From the IMG/VR virus record IMGVR_UViG_3300030524_000005: a stretch of 27,853 nt of DNA; one strand, given 5' to 3'. The position numbers and the translations under genes were made by a program. Positions 8,291 through 16,118 of this stretch are shown here, piece by piece. The notes under the pieces were generated by a model that searched no databases, was not told the origin of the DNA, and was given only the letters and a program-made list of their open reading frames with translations. The DNA comes from an uncultured virus (IMG/VR IMGVR_UViG_3300030524_000005). Lineage: Duplodnaviria > Heunggongvirae > Uroviricota > Caudoviricetes. The stretch's first letter is position 1; the number at the start of each line of letters is the position of its first letter.

Positions 8291-9676
8291 GTGTCAAATC
8301 AGCTACTCACGATCAGCCAGATCACCAACCGGGCACTCCCGGTTCTGGCAAACATGTGCGTTTTGACGGACAAATTCAACCGCCAGTACGACAAAGAATT
8401 CGGGCAAAAGGGCCGCAAGATCGGTGCGACGTGTAACGTCCGCCTGCCCCCGCGCTACCTCGGTACTTTCGGCCCTGCGCTCAATGTCGAGCCCAGCACG
8501 GAGAACTACGTACCGGTCAACATCCTGTATCAGTTCCACGTCGACATCCAGTTCAACACCATCAACATGCTGTTGGACATCGACGACTTCGAAGAGCGCT
8601 TCATCCACCCGGCTTGCGTCGCAGTGGGTAACCGCATCGATTCGGACGGCGCCTACTTCGCTTTGCAGAACACCGCAAACCGTCAAGGCACGCCCGGTAC
8701 GCCCCCCGGCAGCGGCCAGACCGCACAGGCGGCGCTCCAAGCATTCACCAACGCTCGCGCTATCCTCGTGTCGGAAGGCATGCCCAAGGGCTTGATCCCG
8801 ACCGCCGTGATGCACCCAATTGCCAATGCGTTCCTGACGCCGGCACTGTCGGGCCTCTTCAATCCGCAAGCGAACATCAGCGACTACTTCGAGACGGGCA
8901 TGATCGCCTTGAAGACCGCCGGCGCCGACTGGTTCGAAGATCCGAACATCGCCAACTATACGACTGGCACCTTGACTGGTACGCCGGTCTTGGCTGGCGT
9001 GACTACGGCTTCTGCTGGTTCGGCGTTGCTCACTTCGGGCTGGGCGCAGACGGGTGTGTTGAACATCCAAGGCTTGACCAACACTGCAGCTCAGTGCACG
9101 GTCGGCGACACGATCCAGATCGCCGGTATCTTCCCGGTCAACCCGCAGAACCGCGGCAGCTACGGCACCACGCTCAAGCAGTTCGTGGTGCTTCCTCCGG
9201 GCGGCTACGCGCAACTCACTGGGTCGGCTGCGCCTGGCGGTCCCGGCTTCGCTCCTGCGACGCTCGCGGCTGGCACGTTCAACGCAACGACCGGCGTCTA
9301 TACGTCGAGCGGTACCGGCACGCTGTCGGTAACGATCGGCGAGTGCGTGATCACGGGCGGCCAGTTCCAGAACTGCCAAGCGCGTGCTGCATTCACTGGG
9401 AACCCGGCTGTGACGATCAACGGCGGCGCAGCAGCGGCGACCTCCTCGACGGAAAATCTGTACTTCCATCGGGATGCCTTCGCACTGGCCTTCGTCGATT
9501 TGCCGCTGCCGCGCACCGCGGTCGAAGCAAGTCGAGCATTCGATGAAGATCTCGGTCTATCGATCCGGGTTGCAACGCAATATACGATCAATAACGACGC
9601 GGAACCGACACGTATGGATGTGGCATACGGATTTTCGAGCCTCTATCGTTCGCTGGCTTGCCGCGTGTCGGGCTAA
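8291..9676 (+). CDS. Major capsid (coat) protein, P22 gp5-like
   Basis: GTG start with AGGAG RBS. Contains NRQYDKEFGQKGRKIG, I-domain GDTIQIAGIFPVNPQNR and NLYFHRDAFALAFVDLPLP...RMDVAYG. Codon usage is strongly biased. Confidence 0.93.
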   Translation: MSNQLLTISQITNRALPVLANMCVLTDKFNRQYDKEFGQKGRKIGATCNVRLPPRYLGTFGPALNVEPSTENYVPVNILYQFHVDIQFNTINMLLDIDDFEERFIHPACVAVGNRIDSDGAYFALQNTANRQGTPGTPPGSGQTAQAALQAFTNARAILVSEGMPKGLIPTAVMHPIANAFLTPALSGLFNPQANISDYFETGMIALKTAGADWFEDPNIANYTTGTLTGTPVLAGVTTASAGSALLTSGWAQTGVLNIQGLTNTAAQCTVGDTIQIAGIFPVNPQNRGSYGTTLKQFVVLPPGGYAQLTGSAAPGGPGFAPATLAAGTFNATTGVYTSSGTGTLSVTIGECVITGGQFQNCQARAAFTGNPAVTINGGAAAATSSTENLYFHRDAFALAFVDLPLPRTAVEASRAFDEDLGLSIRVATQYTINNDAEPTRMDVAYGFSSLYRSLACRVSG

Positions 9677-9688
9677 GGAGAAAATATC

Positions 9689-10096
9689 ATGGCATTCCCT
9701 TCAAGCACTAACGTCGATGGCTCGAATCCTGGGCCGAACGTAGCGACTCAGCCGGATACCGTCCAGTCGCCGATCGGTAACGTCCAGAAGACGGGGATTT
9801 TCTCCATCGCTCTGACGCCCACCGCTGTGGCGGCAAACACGACTGCCGAACAGACCTTTGCTGCAACCGGCATTGGCCTGTTGGTTACCGACAATGTGGA
9901 TGTGAGCAAGCCGAGCTTCCAAGCTGGTTTGGGTATCGTGAACGTTCGCGTGTCGGCAGTCGATACGCTTGCGATCACTTATATCAACGCAACCGCATCG
10001 CCGATCACGCCCACCGCTGAAACGTATCAGGTCAACGTTCTGCGCGTCCAACCCAACTGGATCAAGCCCGCTTCTGGCAACCAGATGGACTGGTAA
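9689..10096 (+). CDS. Putative capsid decoration / minor virion protein (beta-sandwich)
   Basis: Strong TAAGGAG RBS, directly after the coat gene and before the terminator; Thr/Ala/Val-rich beta pattern. Confidence 0.65.
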   Translation: MAFPSSTNVDGSNPGPNVATQPDTVQSPIGNVQKTGIFSIALTPTAVAANTTAEQTFAATGIGLLVTDNVDVSKPSFQAGLGIVNVRVSAVDTLAITYINATASPITPTAETYQVNVLRVQPNWIKPASGNQMDW

Positions 10097-10127
10097 TCGA
10101 GTCTCCTCGGGTGGCCTCGGGGCCTTG

Positions 10128-10156
10128 GGGCCGCCTTAGGGCGGCTCTTTTTCTTT
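10128..10156 (+). terminator. Rho-independent terminator after the head genes
   Basis: GGGCCGCC-TTAG-GGCGGCTC stem (one G-U pair) followed by TTTTTCTTT. Confidence 0.8.
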
Positions 10157-10169
10157 CGGATGAATGGGT

Positions 10170-10502
10170 ATGGCGACGATGCCGAATCTGGTTGGCCTGA
10201 ACTATCGAGCGGCTACCGTGGCGCTGATCGAGGCCAATATCGTTCCGAACGATGGCTCTGTGCCGAACGCTCAGACTTCTGCGCCGACAGTTGGATATTT
10301 CTCCCCTTGGCCGGTGGCCATCGTGTGGCAACCCGGAGCGCCGGTAGACGTCGTAACAGCGCAATCGCCAGCAGCAGGGCAACCGGTCACAGTGACCAAC
10401 ACGACTCCGGTGAGCGAAGCCTACACGCCGCCAATAACGCTTACGGTCAATGCGCCGAAGATGGCCGTGTCCAGCCAGTTCACCGCGGGAGCTTTTTCAT
10501 GA
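10170..10502 (+). CDS. Stand-alone PASTA-domain-like protein
   Basis: MPNLVGLNYRAATVALIEANI...VVTAQSPAAGQPV...ITLTV follows the PASTA consensus. Stop overlaps the next start (ATGA). Start could be 10164 or 10170. Confidence 0.65.
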   Translation: MATMPNLVGLNYRAATVALIEANIVPNDGSVPNAQTSAPTVGYFSPWPVAIVWQPGAPVDVVTAQSPAAGQPVTVTNTTPVSEAYTPPITLTVNAPKMAVSSQFTAGAFS

Positions 10503-11491
10503 CCATTGGAACCACTACGGCAGAGAGCCTCATCAAAGGGGCGCTGCGTCGCATCAATTCGTATCAGTCTGGCGAGCAGCTCGCGGAGTTCGACGCTGCG
10601 GATTGTTTGGACACGCTGAACGATTTGCTCGACTCGCTCAGCCTGGATAAAGACCATATATTTGGCTCGCAGGAAAACATTCTTTCGTGGACGGCGCAGC
10701 AGCGCCTGTACAAGATAGGCAATCCGGTATGCACCCTGCTCGGACTGCAGCCTTTTACCGGGACTCTAACGGCAGGCTCACCGGTCATAGCCGGAATTAC
10801 CAACCTGCCGCCGCAGCTTGTCTCCGGACAGAATCCGGCTTTTCAGGTTGGCTCCGGCTCGATCCTGTCAGATGCGCAGGGACTGATTCCGGTCAATGCC
10901 ACAGTGCTGTCGGTAACGCCGACGACCATAACGATGTCTGCGCCGGCGATCGGAAACTCTGCCGGCCTGGATAGCATCACCTTCACAGTCCCCGGTGACT
11001 TGCCGATTCCGCGCCCGCTGCGCATCACGCACGGATTCACACGCTTCAATGCGCTCGATTTCACGCTTGACGTCTACGCTACGGAAACACAGTACACGCA
11101 ATTCCTATACAAGGCCCAGCCTGGGCCGTGGCCTACCGTGGCATGGTACAACAATACGTTCCCGTATGGCCTTCTGAATGTCTACCAGACCCCGGGTAAC
11201 AGCACAGAGTGCCATCTGTTCACGGATACGATCCTACAAAATCTTACGTTGCAGCAAGTCCTTGTCATGCCTCAGGGCTACAGCCGAATGCTCAAGTGGC
11301 TGCTCGCGAAAGAAATCTGTGCGGAGTATGGCTTCCCGCTTACTCCGGCCATCACGTTGAATGCGAAGGAGGCGCGAGAGTTTGTAAAAGCGCTCAATGC
11401 GAAGCCGGCGAACGTGTCGAACTATGACCGTGAGCTGTCGCGAGGGAACAGGCCCGATGGCGGATGGGTGACTCATGGAGGTTACCGATAA
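10499..11491 (+). CDS. Head-to-tail adaptor (P22 gp4-like) with inserted beta domain
   Basis: N-terminus TAESLIKGALRRI...GEQLAEFDAADCLDTLNDLLDSL and C-terminus MPQGYSRMLKWLLAKEICAEYG. Start taken at ATG 10499. Confidence 0.8.
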   Translation: MTIGTTTAESLIKGALRRINSYQSGEQLAEFDAADCLDTLNDLLDSLSLDKDHIFGSQENILSWTAQQRLYKIGNPVCTLLGLQPFTGTLTAGSPVIAGITNLPPQLVSGQNPAFQVGSGSILSDAQGLIPVNATVLSVTPTTITMSAPAIGNSAGLDSITFTVPGDLPIPRPLRITHGFTRFNALDFTLDVYATETQYTQFLYKAQPGPWPTVAWYNNTFPYGLLNVYQTPGNSTECHLFTDTILQNLTLQQVLVMPQGYSRMLKWLLAKEICAEYGFPLTPAITLNAKEAREFVKALNAKPANVSNYDRELSRGNRPDGGWVTHGGYR

Positions 11492-13131
11492 TGCCAGGCG
11501 GTAATAACGGACCTCTGAACCTGTTCGGTGATTTTGGCCTGGCTGGCGGTCAGGACAATGCGCCTAACCATCTGCAAGACGATCAGATGTGCATCAACAT
11601 GTACGCCGAGGTCGATCCGGGCAACTCCAAAGAGGTGCTTGGTCTGCTGGGTTGCCCAGGCCTAAACCAACTTGTCGCCGCACCTGTCGCCGGGGCCGGT
11701 GCGCCCGGATTCACTTCGACAATGACCGTGTGGCCCATGCCGTACTCCGGCCCTTCGCTGGAGGTGCGCGGGCTGTGGGAGCTTCCGGCCAATAACGACA
11801 CGGTGCCGAACGGGACGGGTAGCACGGTCGATACGACAGCCCTAGCGGTCATTGGAAACACTTGCTATCTCGTCACTGCGACAATGACGGCGCCCACCGT
11901 GTTTCCCACCTTGTCTCTGACTTCGGTCGGTACGCTCCAAACCAGCACCGGCCCCGTGCACATCCGCGACAACAATACGGGCGGCGGCAACGCCGTGATC
12001 GTAGATGGCCCGAACGGTTATCTCTATGACATAGCGACGCAGGCCTTCACTCAGATCAACGATCCGAGTTTTCTAGGCTCAGATACGGTTGCCTATATCG
12101 ACGGTTGGTGGATCTTCAACAAGCCGGGCACACAGACGTTCTATTCGAACTCGCAGCCGTATAGCCTGACGTTCAATGCGCTGTTCTTCGCACTCAAGGA
12201 TGCCGCGGCTGACAACCTCGTGGCCGTGATCGAGAACAAAGAGCTGCTGTGGTTGATAGGCGATAAGACGACAGAGATTTGGTACAACGCTGGCGGCGCG
12301 CCAGGTGGTGTAGGCGCGACCTTTGCCTTTCAGCGCATTGTCGGCACCCTTTTGCAGGTCGGTTGCAAGGCTAAACACTCGGTGGCTCGCTATGGGTCCC
12401 AGGGTCAGGAAGGGTTGATCTGGTTCGGGCGGTCGGAGCGCGGCGAGAATGTGATCGTGCGGACGCAAGGCTTTCTCGATCAGGTCATATCTACGCCTTC
12501 TTTCGGTGCGGAGGTGGCCACATACGCGACCACCGACGACGCAATCGGATACACCTATCAGGAAGACACGCATGAATTCTATGTGCTGATATTCCCGACC
12601 GCAGACACGTGCTGGTGCTATGACGGGCAATCAGGGCTGCTGCACAAGCGCCTTTCGTACGATCCGTATGCAAAGGAGTTCCATCGCCACCGTTCGAACG
12701 CATTCATGAACTTCCAGGGTATGCGCGTCGTTGGCGACTATCAAAACGGGGCTCTGTACCAACTTACGAGAGCCGCCTATACCGATGCTGGCTGGCCACT
12801 GCTGGCAAAGCGACGCGCACCACATATTTGGGACGGCGGGCAACGCGGACGTGTTTTCATGCAAAGCCTACAACTCGATTTTAACGTTGGGGTCGGCAAC
12901 CCAAGCGGCATGGGTACGAATCCGCGCTGCGGACTCTCGATCTCTCGCGATGGCGGCAGGACATTCGGCGATCGTATGTATGCGCCGATGGGTGCAATAG
13001 GTGAGTATCGCACACGCACGATGTGGCGCAAGCTAGGCTGGGGCCGGGATAATGTGGTCGATCTGGAAGTGATCGATCCAGTGAATCGCGACCTTGTTGG
13101 TGCAACGATGAAAGCATTCAGTTCAGCATGA
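11491..13131 (+). CDS. Tail hub / packaged-DNA stabilization protein (P22 gp10-like)
   Basis: CINMYAE, YIDGWWIFNKPGTQTFY, GDKTTEIWYNAG and SRDGGRTFG...GAIGEYRTRTMWRKLG; synteny after the gp4-like gene. Confidence 0.88.
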   Translation: MPGGNNGPLNLFGDFGLAGGQDNAPNHLQDDQMCINMYAEVDPGNSKEVLGLLGCPGLNQLVAAPVAGAGAPGFTSTMTVWPMPYSGPSLEVRGLWELPANNDTVPNGTGSTVDTTALAVIGNTCYLVTATMTAPTVFPTLSLTSVGTLQTSTGPVHIRDNNTGGGNAVIVDGPNGYLYDIATQAFTQINDPSFLGSDTVAYIDGWWIFNKPGTQTFYSNSQPYSLTFNALFFALKDAAADNLVAVIENKELLWLIGDKTTEIWYNAGGAPGGVGATFAFQRIVGTLLQVGCKAKHSVARYGSQGQEGLIWFGRSERGENVIVRTQGFLDQVISTPSFGAEVATYATTDDAIGYTYQEDTHEFYVLIFPTADTCWCYDGQSGLLHKRLSYDPYAKEFHRHRSNAFMNFQGMRVVGDYQNGALYQLTRAAYTDAGWPLLAKRRAPHIWDGGQRGRVFMQSLQLDFNVGVGNPSGMGTNPRCGLSISRDGGRTFGDRMYAPMGAIGEYRTRTMWRKLGWGRDNVVDLEVIDPVNRDLVGATMKAFSSA

Positions 13132-13931
13132 GCGGTCTGCCTACTCTCATTCCTCCGCAAAGCGTCCCTATCTCGGTCGACGGCCAGGGTGCACCTGCAT
13201 TTTTGAACATCAACTGGTATCTGTTCCTCTATAACCTAGGTGTACAGGTGCTGGGGACTGGATCCGGGGGCGGCGGCACTACACCTGTTTCTCCGTTCGA
13301 CGCACTGGATGCGGCCAACTTATTCGCGCAAGGTGCGGATGTCCCGCAGGCATACCGAGGACTGGAAAATCTGGCCACGCTTATCGCTGGTGGCGCTCTT
13401 GTAGACCCCTCGCCACGTGCTCAGCCAGCACAGAATATCACTGTCGGTGCATCTCCGTTCACCTATACCGCGCTTCATGACGGAACCCTGTCCGTGAGCA
13501 ATGGCGTCGCGTCATCGATCGTAATTATCCGACAGGGAATTGTTGTTCCTACCGGAATAACGCTTTCCAGCGCAGGTGTTATCGGCGCTCTGACTGATGA
13601 GAAGGGGTCTGGTGGCCTGCCTGGTTTTGTGGCTGGCACCGATTTCACTCCCGGCACGACTACCGCTCTCACTCTTTCCCAGGCCTATGGCAGCGCATCC
13701 AATCTCTGGATAGCCTTTGATGCGGCTGAGCAGGGGCCAAATACTTATTCATTGAGCGGCACCACGCTGACGTTTAACGCGCCGATTCCAGTCGGAACCG
13801 CGAATGTATTCGTGAAAGGTGCCGTTCCCTCGACGCTCAGTTCGCTTGGTGGGCTAATTCCATTGCGGCGCTTGGATCAAGTTCGTATCACGTATACCGG
13901 ATTGCCTCTCGTCGTATTTCTGCCGGACTAG
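13128..13931 (+). CDS. Tail protein at the needle/gp26 position, carrying a domain shared with the tailspike
   Basis: Synteny; WYLFLYNL N-terminal motif; internal ~63-aa segment similar to the tailspike N-terminal region. Confidence 0.65.
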   Translation: MSGLPTLIPPQSVPISVDGQGAPAFLNINWYLFLYNLGVQVLGTGSGGGGTTPVSPFDALDAANLFAQGADVPQAYRGLENLATLIAGGALVDPSPRAQPAQNITVGASPFTYTALHDGTLSVSNGVASSIVIIRQGIVVPTGITLSSAGVIGALTDEKGSGGLPGFVAGTDFTPGTTTALTLSQAYGSASNLWIAFDAAEQGPNTYSLSGTTLTFNAPIPVGTANVFVKGAVPSTLSSLGGLIPLRRLDQVRITYTGLPLVVFLPD

Positions 13932-13939
13932 GAGACCTC

Positions 13940-14275
13940 ATGACCACGATTACGCCGGTTCAAATTGTCGCGCCACAGCAACTAGCGGCGGTCGACACGT
14001 CCGTATATACTTCCGGTACGCAGACATCGACCCAAATTGGTCGCGCGGTGTTCACCAACACCACGGCGAGTGCAGTCACAATCACTGCCGGTATCTCTAC
14101 CGGTGGAGCACTCGGAGCAACATCAATGATCTCTGCACGCACTATTGCCCCCGGCGAATCCTACGTATCGCCTGAACTCGCGGGCGCTGTCATCCCTGCA
14201 GGCTCACAGCTACGCGCCTTCTCTAGCGCCGCTACGTCTGTGTCATTCACCGCTTCCGGCGTCCTGATCCAGTAG
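13940..14275 (+). CDS. Hypothetical virion protein
   Basis: AGGAG RBS; small beta-rich protein with TIAPGESYVSPELAG; lies in the tail cluster. Confidence 0.7.
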   Translation: MTTITPVQIVAPQQLAAVDTSVYTSGTQTSTQIGRAVFTNTTASAVTITAGISTGGALGATSMISARTIAPGESYVSPELAGAVIPAGSQLRAFSSAATSVSFTASGVLIQ

Positions 14276-14281
14276 GCGATC

Positions 14282-14860
14282 ATGCGGAACTTTCAAAAAA
14301 TATTCGAAGGTGTTACGGTCGCGCCGCTTCTAAATGCGCTGTACCGAAAACCCGAACTATGGAAAGCCGATGACTTCCTTAGAAAGTTTCCACAAGGCCC
14401 GTTTGGCGAGACAGATACGATCTATCTTCGGTTCCAAGACAAATTGCAGGTTATTGATGATTCGGAAGTTAAGGCTTACGAAGAAAATCGCCTAGCAGGC
14501 CATGACCTCCACGAATGTCCGTGGCGACCAGAAATGAATGAGTTGCCGGAGGCGCGGACACATATCAGCGCTCTAATGAGCGGTATGGGAGCAACTCGGC
14601 TAGGGCGCTGCATGATTAACCGCATCGCTCCAGGCGGGCATATTTTTCCTCATGCAGATACGAAATGGCACGCGGACTATTGGGACCGCTATCACCTAGT
14701 TCTGCAGTCGGAGCCGGGTAACGTTTTCCGATGTGGCAACGAGCAAGTGCACATGCGGCCTGGCGAACTATGGTGGTTCGAAAATGCTATTGAGCATGAG
14801 GTCACGAATAACAGCGCAAATGACCGCATTCACATGATCATCGATCTGAGGTTTTCGTGA
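14282..14860 (+). CDS. Aspartyl/asparaginyl beta-hydroxylase family 2OG-Fe(II) oxygenase
   Basis: PGGHIFPHAD (HxD), RYHLVLQ, GELWWFENAIEHEVTN (distal His) and RIHMIID (2OG-binding Arg). Confidence 0.88.
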   Translation: MRNFQKIFEGVTVAPLLNALYRKPELWKADDFLRKFPQGPFGETDTIYLRFQDKLQVIDDSEVKAYEENRLAGHDLHECPWRPEMNELPEARTHISALMSGMGATRLGRCMINRIAPGGHIFPHADTKWHADYWDRYHLVLQSEPGNVFRCGNEQVHMRPGELWWFENAIEHEVTNNSANDRIHMIIDLRFS

Positions 14861-15324
14861 TCACCTTTTCCATCGAGCGGTTCTCCGACGTGTACGGCGA
14901 GATGAAGCCGTTGCTAGAGGAGCACTATGTGGAAATTTCCACCCACGTGGCGCATGGCGTTCCGCTAAAGCCTAGAACGCAGGTATACGAGGATCGCCAA
15001 GCTGATGGTTCATTGATGATTGTGGTTGGTCGCGAAGCCGGTGATATCGTCTCGTACTTCTTTTGCTTTATCGCTTCCGCGCTCCACTATGAAACCTGCC
15101 TGACCTGCTCGCCAGACATTTTCTATGTGAAGCCAGATCGACGCAAGGGTCGCTTGGGCATCCGGATGTTTCGATTCGTCGAGGATGAACTTAGACGCCG
15201 CGGCGTAGTGCGGTGGGCGGTGGGTAGCAAGATAGATCACGATGCATCTGCGCTATTCAAGTATCTGGGCTTTGAACCCGTCGAGACCACGCATGAGAAG
15301 TGGTTAGGAGAAAAATCATGGTAG
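14857..15324 (+). CDS. GNAT-family N-acetyltransferase-like protein
   Basis: DIFYVKPDRRKGRLGIRM (acetyl-CoA motif A) and ALFKYLGF (motif B); GTGA overlap with the hydroxylase. Confidence 0.85.
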   Translation: MITFSIERFSDVYGEMKPLLEEHYVEISTHVAHGVPLKPRTQVYEDRQADGSLMIVVGREAGDIVSYFFCFIASALHYETCLTCSPDIFYVKPDRRKGRLGIRMFRFVEDELRRRGVVRWAVGSKIDHDASALFKYLGFEPVETTHEKWLGEKSW

Positions 15325-16109
15325 GTGCTGCAATCGCAGTTGGGGCCGCTACGGTTGGCAGCGCTGCTATATCTGCAAGTGGCGCTGAGTCTGCTGCTAA
15401 TACGCAGGCTGGCGCAGATAGCGCTGCCTCTGCTCAGCAGATGGCGATGTTCAATACCATCAACGGGCAGGAACAGCCGTTCATGTCGGCTGGGGTCAGC
15501 GCAACTAATTCACTGTCGCAATTGCTTGGACTGACGCCCGGTGGCTCTGGCAATGGTTACTTGTCGCAAGCTGGGCCAGCGCCGTTTTCATTCAATCCAT
15601 CGAGCATCACAAGTTCGCCCGGGTATCAATTTTCTCAAAGCCAGGGATTGCAGCAGACGCAGAACGCAATAGCGCCGAACGTTGGGGCGCTGTCTGGACC
15701 TGCCCTGCAAGCTTTGACCAACTATGCAACTGGTAACGCCGAGCAGTATTACAACAATTATTACAATCAAGCGTTGGGCGCATACACGACGAACTTTAAT
15801 ACTCAGCAGACTGCGCAGAATAATATTTTCTCACGCCTTTCCGGCATCGCTGGCTTGGGACAGAATGCGGCGAGCAATGTTGGGACGGCAGGGACGCAAC
15901 TGGGAACCGGTGCAGCTCAGGCGACTGCAGCAGGCGGCGCGGCACAGGCGGCCGGTACCGTGGGTGCGGCAAATGCCGCTGGAGCCGGAATAAGTGGCGC
16001 GGGTAACGCTTTTGCTTTGAATAGCATATTGAGCGCTAACCAGGGAGGGAGTGCCATTCAGGGGAGTGCCACTCCTGCCGGCCTAACTGCTGAAGACGCT
16101 GGATTCTAA
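15318..16109 (+). CDS. DNA ejection/transfer protein (P22 gp7-like)
   Basis: AGGAG RBS; Gly/Ala/Gln/Asn-rich with SPGYQF and RLSGIAGLGQNAA motifs; synteny. Confidence 0.8.
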   Translation: MVGAAIAVGAATVGSAAISASGAESAANTQAGADSAASAQQMAMFNTINGQEQPFMSAGVSATNSLSQLLGLTPGGSGNGYLSQAGPAPFSFNPSSITSSPGYQFSQSQGLQQTQNAIAPNVGALSGPALQALTNYATGNAEQYYNNYYNQALGAYTTNFNTQQTAQNNIFSRLSGIAGLGQNAASNVGTAGTQLGTGAAQATAAGGAAQAAGTVGAANAAGAGISGAGNAFALNSILSANQGGSAIQGSATPAGLTAEDAGF

Positions 16110-16118
16110 GGAGAAATC

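Noticed and set aside
8303..9469. 388-aa ORF on the - strand opposite the coat gene
   Set aside because: Same-register antisense shadow of a strongly codon-biased gene; no recognisable motifs.
10160..10498. N-terminal 113-aa extension of the gp4-like ORF given in the track
   Set aside because: It overlaps the PASTA-like gene in another frame. The adaptor motif begins at ATG 10499, which is coupled to the PASTA stop.
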